From Epiperipatus broadwayi (taxonomy: Eukaryota; Animalia; Onychophora), in the NCBI GenBank assembly GCA_028023455.1, contig JAQFVV010000006.1, positions 7,564,001-7,628,000 of the forward strand: 64,000 bases of DNA, given 5' to 3'. The notes beneath the pieces are model-generated. The model had not been told where the DNA came from. It did no database searches and saw only the letters and a list, made by a program, of their open reading frames with translations. The position numbers and the translations under genes were made by a program. This document shows, piece after piece, positions 49,861-62,316 of the stretch. Position 1 is the stretch's first letter, and the number at the start of each line of letters is the position of its first letter.

Positions 49861-49921
49861 GATGGAGTGAATGACAATAGGGAGTTTGAAAGTCTGGGTT
49901 CAAATCCCCTATAATTACAAC
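49861..49921 (+). mobile_element. Terminal fragment of family A
   Basis: gggagtttgaaagtctgggttcaaatcccctataattacaa is the reverse complement of 10332-10372. Confidence 0.8.
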
Positions 49922-50890
49922 TAGCTTAAAAGTATATACAATATACTTGTGTTTAAATATTATATATGAAATAAGTAATAGGTTAGTATGTTTAACTAGT
50001 GACTTGCCGGTTTAATTCCAAAAAATAATCAGTCTTAATCACACACACAAATAATTTGTTAGAGTTTGACTCCATTACATATTATTGAAAGTCATTCATT
50101 TCAATTTAATAACTTTCTGTTAGTTTCCCCCTACTATTTTCATCAGCACTACTCTGCTCACCGACATTGGGTTTAACAAGCAGCTCTGACTCAGTCTAAC
50201 GAGCTTTGACTGCATCTCACTTTTTTTCCTCTTCATTAACGTTCTGCAGACATTTTTAATAACTCTTCTAATTTGCATAAATATTTCATTACTTTCCATA
50301 TGCAAATTAAGATATACAGATTAACTTGCACTTTGCATACATTTTATTTACTCTGCAGTTCATTATTTCTAGAGTGACTACAATGTCTTTTGTATTGACC
50401 AGTTACGAACACCCGTACCCACATGTGTAACTTTATTTATTTCCACAAACCAGTTAATACACGTCAATCATAAAAAGGTGCGAGAACTGCACCATCTCAA
50501 TAACAAGTGTCTTTGAACAACCTGAAGATCCAAGCAGATAATAAGTCATTTTAAAAATGGTAAACATATGATCATCAGGATACAATATCAATTTAATAGC
50601 AGTAATAATGGTAAGTTGCTTGGAAAGTTATGGTGTTTGATCTTGATAATGAATATGCCCGATATGCTTAATAAAAACTGATTACTAATCATTTATATTT
50701 TATGAAAAATGCCTTGCTTGTGTAAATGCTGTCATTTCCTGTGCTTAAATGCTATGACCTCCCAAGCAACAAATCGTTTTCATACTCTAAATTTATCTTC
50801 TTATTTTTTTTTTACAAAACAAAAATGATTTTCAATGTTTTTCAGTAGCTTCATAACTACTCCTGAAGCTATTCTAAATACAGGCTTGTA

Positions 50891-51196
50891 ATGTTTTACC
50901 TAATATTTTTTATTTGGAATGGACATAGATCTTCATTTAATTTGTGCTCATTTGGGAAAATGAAGATAATATGCAGCCAACCAGTATCATTGGCATTTTT
51001 GACTGAAGTGCTGACAAGATATGTAGTTGAAGCTTTAAATTGCAAAAGATCTACAGAGAGATATGTGAGATGGATGCATAAAGATAAGGAAGATATTTGG
51101 AGTGATGTGGAGGAAAAAAGCTATGATCCGGAATCTTTGAGAGATTTTTGGAACTGCAGTGGAATAATTGAAACTGACGATGATGAACCTGTATAG
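50891..51196 (+). CDS. Candidate coding segment of unknown product (possible terminal exon or decayed ORF)
   Basis: 101-codon open frame in roughly 70% AT DNA with protein-like acidic composition (…RYVRWMHKDKEDIWSDVEEKSYDPESLRDFW…). No family recognised. Confidence 0.3.
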   Translation: MFYLIFFIWNGHRSSFNLCSFGKMKIICSQPVSLAFLTEVLTRYVVEALNCKRSTERYVRWMHKDKEDIWSDVEEKSYDPESLRDFWNCSGIIETDDDEPV

Positions 51197-52154
51197 ACAC
51201 TGTTTTTCTTATTCTAAATCTCTTTCATTTAAAAACAAAATTTACATGGATTAATATTAATCTTAGCTTCTTTCTTCTCTTTTGTTTCTACAAATACATG
51301 AATATAATTCAGAGATAACTAATGTTTTTTAATACAAATCAGTCTGTACCATTAATAAATCACGAATGATTCCTAGTTGAAATCTCTAGAGATTCCTAAA
51401 TACTTTTTTAATAATTATGAATGATTATCAAATTGACACAACTATGAGGTTTATAAGAAGTTTTTGATAAAAGAGATAGCAACTGATACAATTAATATCT
51501 TAAAACAAACCCAAAAGCTTATAAAGGACTCAGACAAAAATCACATGAGGTGGATGAATACAATAGGAATGTTTGCTATGATGATGTGTAGAAGAAAAAC
51601 TACAGATTGGAAAAACTGGTGAATCCTGATTCTACAATGGACTGATAATGACTGAAAATGACAAGTTCTCTGTCAGAAAACTGGTGAGGTATCTAAGCCA
51701 TTGGGTATTATGGCAAACAAAAATACTTGAACAATACCTTACCTTCTAAGATATTTCACAAAAGCGATCAAATATGTTCATTTGTTATAGTACCTTACGA
51801 TTACAGCTGTCATAAATGAACCCTTGTTCTGTATAGTTTGATGCATGTATGGATTAGTAGAATATGAAGGTCAGGTCTGTGGATCAGGCCCCAGCTCTGC
51901 CAATTCCGGAAACAGAATTTTTTATGTTTTCCCAAAACAATTAACCATTTGATTATGTTATATTAAAATAAATTACGTTGACATTGGTGACTACCACTTA
52001 TTTTATTTAGCGTATCAATTTTTTAAATATATATAAACAGCTCATCTATTAAGAAAATGTCATAAAGGAACATAGGGAGATTCCTACCAGGAAAGTACAA
52101 TGGATAACAAAATTACCACTAATTAACCTGCTTTCAGCTGTAGAATAAACGTCT

Positions 52155-52425
52155 ATAATTGTAAGGGATTTGAACATGAACTTTCAAGCAGCTTACATTT
52201 ACCCAATCTATCATATACAACTGATATGCATAACCCACATGCATGTATAAAAGATAAATAATCTCCATTTCGTGCTGAACCAGCATTCATCAGTTGACCC
52301 AGATCACCATCTCCCACACATATATACAATCAATGCTCAGATTATATTAAGAGAGCAAATCTTTAAACTTTAATGGATAGGCTTCAATCTTCTCCAATGT
52401 CCAACCCTTTAGTCGTCCATTTCAT
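52155..52425 (-). mobile_element. Family A partial copy; HHR keeps CUGAUGA and CGAAA but has lost stem III and the cleavage site
   Basis: atctcca tttcgtgctgaaccagcattcatcagttg at 52261-52296; flanks are colinear with family A. Confidence 0.85.
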
Positions 52426-52996
52426 TTAAATATAACAAACATATATATAAAATAATCGAAAGATAAGTAAAATGTTATTTAGTTTAGATTTACACATCTT
52501 ATAAAATTCATTGGTCATCTATCTATTCACAAAGTATTACGAAATAATTCTGTATTTGTGCAACAAAAACAAACAAACAATTGAAATAAATAAAAAAACA
52601 AAAGAAGGAAAAGACAGCGGATTTAAACAATAGCAGAAAAAATTAATTGCTTTTACTTTGACCTTTGATCTAAACTGGAATGATGTTTATCAAGTTCACT
52701 CTTTTCCCAGATGTTTATTTCTTTTCAAAGCTATTGAAATTTTTTGACTTCAATGCTATTATTACACACATAAGTCTACCCCTCTAAGAGCAGAAACAAG
52801 CTACCGTTCACACACTTCTTTCTAAACTTGCGGTAATAGATATATGTTAATAGAAATTAAATACTGTATATGTTTTGTTTTTTTTTACTTTTTGCAAGAC
52901 AAAAGCATATAGATTAATTGCAATACATATATTTTGTTTGTAGTCAATTTTAATATTTTACTAAACTGGAGATGACTATTATACTATATATGTCAA

Positions 52997-53068
52997 AGCA
53001 TTGACCGGGAAACGAACCCGGGCCGGCTGCTTAGAAGGCGGCTATGCTAGCCGTTAGGCCACCAATAC
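52997..53068 (-). pseudogene. tRNA-Gly(UCC)-derived pseudogene or SINE monomer, anticodon mutated to UCU
   Basis: GTATTGGTGGCCTAACGGCTAGCATAGCCGCCTTCTAAGCAGCCGGCCCGGGTTCGTTTCCCGGTCAATGCT aligns end to end with metazoan tRNA-Gly-TCC, with stem mismatches. Confidence 0.8.
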
Positions 53069-53929
53069 TTGAATAACGAAATATCTAATCAGCTGCATTC
53101 CATTAACTATATTATTACAGAGTTCTATTTAATCGTCATCAACGCCGGGTGAGCCTATATTTGATATTTAAGGTTGCTCAAAAACGCATTCATTATTGTG
53201 ATAATAAGATCTTTTCATGTAAATGCTGGTCGTACTCATCTTTCACTATTTATATACTTTATACTTACTTAGAGATGTCTCATAATAAAACTAAAATATT
53301 TCTTTACACCTTTTTAATAGTTATATTGTTAGATAGAAGAACTATGACTACTACTAAAATTCGATCAAAATAACCAAGGCAACCATCAAATTTTCGGCCG
53401 CGAGTTTGATTATTTTAGCATGAATTTTAATCTACTTAATCATAAAGAGACACAAATTAAAAAACAACAACAACATTACTGTAAATAAATAAATTATGCT
53501 ATATTTTAGATTTTTTGTTTTAAATCCCACATTTCAGCTAAAGCAGACAGTTCTCTATTTATACAATCCTAACTTATGTAGATCTGAACTTATCTAACAC
53601 CCTTTGCCATCTACTGAATAATAAAAAAATTGATATGTAAATCAACATAACCCTTAATTATTGTTTGCCTTGTGCTGGGAAAACGTTTCAAATAACATAG
53701 TGTAAAGAATGGTTTCTCTTCAGTAAAAAAAAAAAAAAATTCACATTTGGTAATCCCATTTAAATGGTCAGCATCTGAATGAGAATTTAGCTTAAATATG
53801 ATGGCTCCATATCTTGGCTGCACTATCTTATCAATGCTTTTTGTATGAGATCACTGTTTCCCCAGCCACTAGTATGCAGTTATGAACAAGGTACATCGAT
53901 TCAATTGCGACTGCAGTGGGTGAAACAAA

Positions 53930-54620
53930 CGGCTTAATTTGCACGAGGAAAGAGCAATGTTGAATGACTCATTTTTTGTGGTCTGAGGGTTTGTCTAGTA
54001 CTGACATTTATCGAAGACTGTGAAAAGCATAGAGAAAGTATTTTGTCATAAAGTGTGTAATGACAGAATAGGGAATAAAAACATTTTAAATTGCCAACTA
54101 AAGAAAAGTTTAAAGGTCGACCACCAGCTAAAAAATAAGTGCTTACAATTTTCTAGATTTCTCAGGGCCCATTATCAGGAAAAGGTCGATAATCAACAGT
54201 GCCATATGTTCACTGTAGGGCTAAACCCTAAAATTCAGACAAAATGTCTAGCAAGGGCATTATATTGTTGCATGGCAATGGAATCCCCACACCACCATTC
54301 ACACTGTTGACACTCTCCAGAAACTTCATTTTCAAGTAAAACATTCTCCCTATAATCCCGATCTTGACCAATTGAACTATTACCTATATGTTCCCTAAAA
54401 AAAATCTATAAAGATGAAAATTCATGTCTGATGATATGAAGGGTGCATTCATGGCTTGCAGTTCAAAACTTAAAACATTTTTTAATGCGGGAATATGATA
54501 GACAAGGTTTAGTGAAAAGCTGATAGAAAATATCCAAAAAATGATGTATTTTTCTTTTCTGAAAGTTGGTTAAAATAAATTCTACAACCAGAGAGTGAAC
54601 AATTTTGGACTACCCTCATA
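53930..54620 (+). mobile_element. Internally deleted mariner fossil, same family as 16747-17485
   Basis: HFLWSEGLSSTDIYRRL, KGIILLHGNG, HSPYNPDL; shared 3' end ...aaataaattctacaaccagag...aattttggactaccctcata. Confidence 0.8.
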
Positions 54621-55084
54621 AAACTTCTGTCTTGAGTAAGAAGTGGACAAATATTCATCTTTCATTAACAGAAAACAGCTTTTACCAATAGAAGGTTCAA
54701 CACTGGAAATCTACTTAATTTGTGGTTTTTCCATTTTTCCCAAACAGTAACAGCTTTAAGCAGCTTGTAGAGCAGTTGATCAATAAGGAAAAGAAATTTT
54801 AAAGAATTAAATAAAAAGTAAATATCCAATACCCATATACATTAAAATAAATGTCCTTTAGTAAATGATATTTAGATTTTCAGTAATACATGTCTGTATT
54901 TTTATTAAAGGCAAGAAAGGTTTATTATGAGATGGTAAAAGATTTATTGCCATGTTTATTAATAATCACACAGTATTTCATTTGTAGATCATTTGACAGA
55001 GCATTGAGGAACTTTCAACTTATCTTTGTTCTCCTGCAGTTACCTGCAATGCTATTTTGCTGGGCTTTTTTTTCCAACTGTCAA

Positions 55085-55170
55085 ATCATCGGCTGGGACG
55101 CGAACCCATAGCAACTGTCTGCAAGCAACTGCTTGCAAGGCGGCTGCACTGACCTCTCGGCTGCCAACGC
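55085..55170 (-). mobile_element. tRNA-Gly-derived short repeat with a 14-nt anticodon-arm duplication
   Basis: GCGTTGGCAGCCGAGAGGTCAG...CTTGCAAGCAGTTG CTTGCAGACAGTTG...GGGTTCGCGTCCCAG. Confidence 0.75.
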
Positions 55171-56629
55171 TTGATAACATAATAATTTATCCATTTTAAA
55201 AAAATCTGAAGAGGGTGGAAGTCTACAATCAAATACACTTCAAAGGATTACAACCACACTTATTAGGTGCTGATTGGTAATGTGCAGTTGTGATTGTAAT
55301 TGTGTATTCAATTCTTATGTTCTTAGTGATCAACAAAATGTTGCTCTGTGTTATTTGGCACAATTGGCAGAACATCCAACTTGGGATCAGGAGGTTCCAG
55401 GATCGATTCTGATTCTCACAGGTCTGGTGTTCTAACTTCTTATGTACACCTGAGGAATAACAATACATGCCTTTTTTAAAACAAAATAACTGCCTTGTTT
55501 CCACAGTTCACTTAAATATTTAAAACCAAAGTATACATTATTACAATTTGATTTTATTCACAAATGTTTTATTTTTAAAACTTTTAAGTTAACAAATTTA
55601 ATCCTATCAATAAACAGAAAACTATGGCTGTAAATATTGCTAACATCTTTTTTAAGTCAACTCCTTGCAATGTTTATAATGTTTTAAAAATTATAAATGC
55701 AATTTTAAATTTTAGAGCAGAATGTGACATCACATTTATTTGTTTACATTTTAAAAGTGTTTAATCAGTAGTTTTGTTACCTCCTCCCCCTATTAAGGTG
55801 ACATTCCTTTATACTGTCAAATCACAAAAAAAGTTTACTGTTCTGAGTATATATTGTTTATTATTTTTTCTGGCATTAGTAAAATTGAAATATGATTTTT
55901 TAGAATATTTTTCATTTGTAATCTAACATTTCTAACAAATGAGGTCCACTAAAGATTTAATACTACAATGAAATGTTAAATGATTATAAAAATTGCCACC
56001 AGGGGAAAGAATGAAAATCTTTTGACAAGTTGAAAGGTTAATTTAGAAACTGTTCTAACCAAAGAAAATTAAAAAGATAAAAGTACGGAATTAATATTAT
56101 TATAACTAAATTGAAATTTTATAGAGCAATGGAATGGATTGAAAGCTTAAAATATTCTCGGATCAAAGCTAAATTTGTCATTTCTCATGTCAAATATCAT
56201 ATGACTTCCTAAGCAACTGAGCATTTAATATTTTTTATTTCAAAAACAATGATTGTTTTTTTTTACTACTGTTTCATTTTTTACATGATATACATACATA
56301 ATTTTAGAGATAAATATTTTCAGCCGTACATTTTTTATACCAGCTCAATCTAGCTTTGTTCCAATATTTAGACTAATTTTTAAAACAAAATTAGGAAAAT
56401 GAACTTGCAACTATTATTATTCACCTTATGATTTTGTCAAAATCAAATGAATAATAGATGGAACTCTTCTCATTCTCCAAAATACTGTCAAATGTTTGGA
56501 AACAAATGACATGGACTACCTAGAAGTTGCCTCAATATGTTGTAAATTCATGAATAAACATAAAAAATGCCTACAAATTTTATAAAGCAATTGCCACTTA
56601 AAATTTAAAAAAATGAGAATAATGAAATC

Positions 56630-57134
56630 AGCTTCACCTATTCATCTATAAAAGTAGGTTGAAGTAAAGAAGGGTTCCCCTCTTTTCTTCCATAGTGTAA
56701 GCTTATGGTTAAGACCTGTAGAGGTCCCTACCTTCGCATTTTCAAGCGCATATTCTTGAGGTTACAGCCTTAGTAAATATTACTTAATATAATAATGTGT
56801 GTTTAAATAAATTTATAATTACAACTTTAAATTATCATAATAGATTTCTTACTATAAGATCTTTCCATTGACTCATTGTAAATCATAAGATTTCTTGAGT
56901 AATAATGTATAATAGGAATTGTGGACTTAATCAGTGAAGTATTGAATAGCTTCACGCTCTTAGATCTAACTGCTTCAGCTTTACCTATTCAAATATAAAA
57001 GTAGGTTGAAGTAAAGAAGGGTTCCCCTCTTTTCTTCCATAGCAGAAGCTTGTGGTTAAGACCTGTAGAGGTCCCTACCTTCACATTTTCAAGTGCATAT
57101 TCTTGAGGTTACAGCCTTAGTAAATATTACTTAA
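56630..57134. repeat. Two about 158-bp direct repeats (56630-56787 and 56977-57134), period 347 bp
   Basis: Near-identical aaaagtaggttgaagtaaagaagggttcccctc...gaggttacagccttagtaaatattacttaa. Confidence 0.92.
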
Positions 57135-60100
57135 ACTGTAAGATGAAAGAAATATGATATTTGTACTGCAATCTGCATTAATTTAAGGTTCAAACAATAT
57201 ATAACAGATAGATTTTAATTGTTGGTATTATTCTAGATGTCAGCTGTTACCAGTATATTAAAGAAAGAGAGGTACATTTTTCATTAGAAGTAACCTTGTA
57301 CACTTGTGCAATGTTTTCTACTAAGGTTTACAGAAAAATTAATATATTTGCTAGAATTTCTATTTTGGGAAAAATTATTAAATATTTATTTCTTATATAA
57401 TATTTATATATATATAACTTTTGTTTAAATACATTTGATTTTCAGTAGAAAATTAGCTTTTTGAAAATTGTAATATCAGATGGAGAAATAAGCATTGTAG
57501 ACAAATTTATTTTATTTATTTTTTTGATTGAAAAGTTGATTAACATTTTGAAAATTATTTTCAAATTTTAAATTTGTGGTTTTAATAAAATGTACTTAAA
57601 CAAAAAGATTTGAAGGAGAATACATTTTTTTCTTTAAATACATTTTTTTAGATTGAAGGTTGAAATGAATTTCTTTGTTCTGATAAACTTTTATTTTTAA
57701 AATTAATTTTATTTTAAACTTATATTTTGATTGAAATTTAACTAACACATAATGATTTGATAATAAACAAGTTTTTTTTTCATTAAAAAATACAAGTGGA
57801 AAAAAAAAACAGAATAAAAAAACAAAAAAGGTCTATAAGTGTGTTCCAAAAGAATACATTTAACCTGGTAAAAAGAACTTTGATGAGTTCTATAAAATGA
57901 GTTTCAAATAATTAACTATGGCAATCAAGTATTAACTTCAATATTTCCATAAATAAAACTTATAAGTTAATTGTATTGGATAGATAGTGAACAAAATATA
58001 AAATACTTTTATCTGAAGCAGAATGGCAATTATCGATAATTTTTAACTCTCTCAGAAGATGTTTTAATTACTTTCATGTTCAACATTGAATTTAAAATTA
58101 AACCATTATTCCTTAACAGAGAATAATAAATTTTACTTGGATTTGATAGATATTTTTGCTTACAAATGAAATAAATTCTAAATATTGACATTTTATTTCT
58201 GAAAATATTAAAAAAAAATGAGATTGTAATCAAAACAAAAAGCCTTTACATCATCATTTCTGGAAAGATTATTTTCATTACTCAAAATCAATGAAATCTT
58301 CATTATATGACATTTGTTTTTAAAATGTGAATGAATAAATATTTATTTCTCTTAAATCAAATGAATTATGCTTTGAAGGTTTGAAAATTTTTAATATTCT
58401 TTATAATATTACCATATTTTCAGACTTGTCTTTATTAATTGCACTAATCACATAGTAACTAAGCTTATAAATGCCCTCAGGGTAAATTTGCATTGTCCAA
58501 AAATATAATGTTCTGTTTTTAAAAATAAAATACTTCCATTCAAAAAAATTATTAATAATTTATGTTACTGATTTGTAATAATTATTGTGTGAAAAGCATC
58601 TTGAATTGTAATAAATTCCCAAATAAACATGTTTTTTGTTATTGGAGCTATTTTCTCCAAACAATGTCACAAAAATTAATGATGTCCGAATATAAAAGGG
58701 TGACTCCTCAAGGTGAGAGGTAAAATGGAATTAAAAGTTCTCATATCTTGCTGAATTTTTACTTTTCTGGTCATTTATGAAATTATTTTAGAACTAAAAT
58801 GTTACAGTGAAATACGTATAAAAAACATATTTAAAAATAAATCTCGTGAAAATTCTCAATAGAGGGTAAATAAGTCTAAAACGCAGAACTGTGTTTGGGC
58901 TGATTGAAAAGTTTAACATTGAGAAAATATTTGGTAAAGTATTGGTAATAATTTAAATATATTAGAATGTAAAATTTAATAATGGCTACCAATTTTATTC
59001 AAAAATGAATCCACATGACTAAAGTCAATAAATGCAACATTTCAGATTAATAATATTTTTATATCACTAAGTTTACTTTGTGTTTGCTATTGTTGCTATA
59101 ATTACAGAGTTTTCCCAACGATGTTTAATATACGGTTCGATTACAAAAGCGATCTTCCAGTTTGTGTTTTAAAAAAAAACTGCAGAATATCAAATTTAAT
59201 TCAATTTTCAAGATGTTCTCAATTTTTAGGAAAACAATACGCTAAAGAGGTTTTGTTGTCAGAAAACTATTGAATATGTTAAATATATAGTGGGGAGTCA
59301 TAGAGTTAAAAGCTGACAATAATCGTCAACCACAATTCATCTATCACTTAGATTAAGAAATAAAATAATCTAAATATCACTTTATGGTTTATTTATGTAT
59401 TTTTTTCAAAATTAATTTTTTTAATATATATATAATTTAAAATACAAAATATTTTGCTGTTCACATTATCTGGTAGGAAAGAAGAATGCAGCTATCAACT
59501 CCCCATAATACCTGCTCCCTTCTATGGTCTGGAATCAAATTGTGAAAACTATGGCAATCCTGTTATTAACTAATAATGTTATTTCCTAAATCTTTGAGTT
59601 CTGAAGTGATATTTTGCAAACAAAAATAATCAAATAGTTGATCACTTATGGGTCATGTGACATACAGCACTAAAAATGACTGCTAAGTTCTAATCCAAGG
59701 ACATACGCCTCTCAATTATCAATCTATTAGGGCATTAAACCTCTTACACCGAGATATTTTATGTCTGATGGTAATAATTTATGTCTTCAATTTGATAACT
59801 AAAAAAATAAAAATTATTTTGCCCTTGACTTTTGCATTTATAGATTTTGTTTCATTTTATGAACACTGCTCCCCCCCCCAACCATATCCATATATATGAC
59901 AAATTTATGAAGTATTATAACTTTATCTTTCCTACTGTATTGCCAAATCCATATAATATTAATATCATCTATGTTCTTTATTCTTTTTACAATGCTTTTT
60001 TTACAACCTAATATGACAGTAGCATGTTTAAAAAAAATTAATAACTGTGTTCTGAAAAAGATTGCTGGGGCAATTAAAACTGTCATATTAGATTGTAAAA

Positions 60101-60357
60101 AAAAGCATTGTAAAAGTAATAAAGAACATAAATGATATTAATATTATATGACATATCTCCACTTACATTTTTACTTACATTTTATTCACTTTCAAGATTT
60201 ATTCTTTTACCCAATTATCTTCACTTCATAATACATATACCTTTTTTTGAAAAGTTATTAAATAACATGAAGTGGCAATAATTGGGCAAAGAAATAAATC
60301 TTAAAAATGACCAAAAGACTTGATTAAAATATATGAAAAAATGAGAATAATATACTA

Positions 60358-61691
60358 TATACACCTGGGTCTCTTTTTGTGTGGATTTTTTAAATGCGAT
60401 TTTGAAGTTATGCGATTCATGTTTCTTCTTTTTTTTATGCGATAAAGAAGTTCATATTTCACTTAAAATTGGAATGTCCCCATTTTATATACACACATTA
60501 AATTTTACATACTTTAAATGTCTGTTGGAAAAAGGTTTGGCAATAAATTTAGATACCTTAGAAGATTTAGAAAAAGATACTGAAACAGAAATTGGAACCT
60601 GTTCATTTCACGGCAAAAATGATTCGAGAAAGTCTTCAACTTTCTAATCAACTGGAAAATCATTTTTTGTTAATGACATGAATTATGAATGAGCTCTTAC
60701 ATTCCAACAAGACCTAAATAGTTGTATGTCTGTGTTATGTATGTGTATGTTTATATTTTCTTTTATACACATATATACATGGAGAAACTTTTAGACAGAA
60801 AAAAGTTACAAGTAAAAATATTTAAGAACTTTTAATTTCTACTTAAAAAGAATGTATCTTTAAAATGTGTATGTTTATATTTTCTTTTATACACATATAT
60901 ACATGGAGAAACTTTTAGACAGAAAAAAGTTACAAGTAAAAATATTTAAGAACTTTTAATTTCTACTTAAAAAGAATGTATCTTTAAAAGTTCTTAAATA
61001 TTTTTACTTGTAACTTTTTTCTGTCTAAAAGTTTCTCCATGTATATATGTGTATAAAAAAAAATTTAACTGTTAGTCATTATTAACACACTCGTGGAAGC
61101 ATGTTATATATATATAGTTGCACTCATGGAAGTGCATTCTCTAATAGCTAGACATAACAGTCTGGATATCATGAGCTTCATAAACAATTAGTAAAATCAT
61201 CATCTCAAAGTTTAATTATGGATTACATTGTTGACAGAAAACCATTAACACAGCATGAGAGTGAAGTTGGCACTAATTGTATTTCCTCTTGTGACGAATC
61301 TGATTTCTTACCATTTCAAAAACAAATCCGCATATTGTCAAATAGCAATAATGATTAAAATATATATGAAAAACTGTAAAATAAATTACACATAAAAACA
61401 TATTGTTTTGAGTAAAATTAAATAGTTAATAAAAGAAGTAAAAAACGTTTGTCGTCTATCAATTTTTTTCAAATATTTGAAATTTTTTATTAGTTATACT
61501 TTATTTTCTTATTTTTTTATAATGCGAATTTTAAAGTAATTTTTACCTTGCTGCTTTGGTTTTATGCAATTTCTGAAAATTAAGGAACATATCACACATT
61601 TTCAATGTAAGTTAAGTCTATTTTTGTGCGATTATTTTAATGCGGGTTTTCTGTGGAACTTATCTACCGCATAAAAAGAGCCCAGATGTAT
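60358..61691 (+). mobile_element. Tigger/pogo-like non-autonomous element
   Basis: TA-flanked inverted ends tacacctgggtctctttttgtgtggat / atctaccgcataaaaagagcccagatgta. Internal FTAKMIRESLQLSNQLENHF and DMNYE*ALTFQQDLNSCMS resemble the Tigger transposase C-terminus. Confidence 0.65.
60741..61058. repeat. Perfect 124-bp tandem duplication followed by a 73-bp inverted copy
   Basis: Copies start at 60741 and 60865; 60986-61058 is the reverse complement of about 60884-60956. Confidence 0.95.
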
Positions 61692-61858
61692 GTGGATATA
61701 GGAAAAAATTGGTTCGCAAAATAAAACAAGATCCACAAAAAAAAGTTGTGTCCAGAATTATTTATATATTTAAATTAATGGGTCATTTGAGAAAGAAAAA
61801 AAATACGAATTCCATGTACCGATTTATTAAATCAACAAATATGCATTAATATTTAAAA

Positions 61859-62316
61859 TAAGAGCAACTGTCTACTCTAGCGACATCTACTTTAAGCTTG
61901 AGTAATTAGTGATTACTGGACTTTTTTATTGTAATTTAAATCCCCATCCTAAAACTACTTTCTGATTTTTTGCTTTATCAATTACGCTTGGGATTGAAAG
62001 CTGGAAATAAAGCAGTTGCTAATACCACCTTTGATTCATTTTTACTATTCAAGCTAACGGCCTCAAAATTTAAAACACCTTAAGGTTTTGAACCCAAGCC
62101 AATCTGTTTGAATAGTAATATAGATCTGGATCTAGGTTAGTAGCTACATATTTTAATACCTCCAAATCATTATTAATTGTAGGCATAGTCTCTCATTAAT
62201 AAAAGCAAAAGCCAGAAGCCTGTCTGAGGACTAGCATTTAAATGGAACAGCATATCTGGTAATCACTGATTACTTAATCTTACAATAGGTGGCGCTAGAG
62301 TAGATAGTTGTTCTTG
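61859..62316. mobile_element. MITE with about 60-bp TIRs
   Basis: aagagcaactgtctactctagcgacatctactttaagcttgagtaattagtgattactgga / tctggtaatcactgattacttaatcttacaataggtggcgctagagtagatagttgttctt. Confidence 0.8.

Noticed and set aside
52997-53068. Functional tRNA gene
   Set aside because: Mutated anticodon and mismatched acceptor and anticodon stems; it shares flanks with clearly derived repeats.
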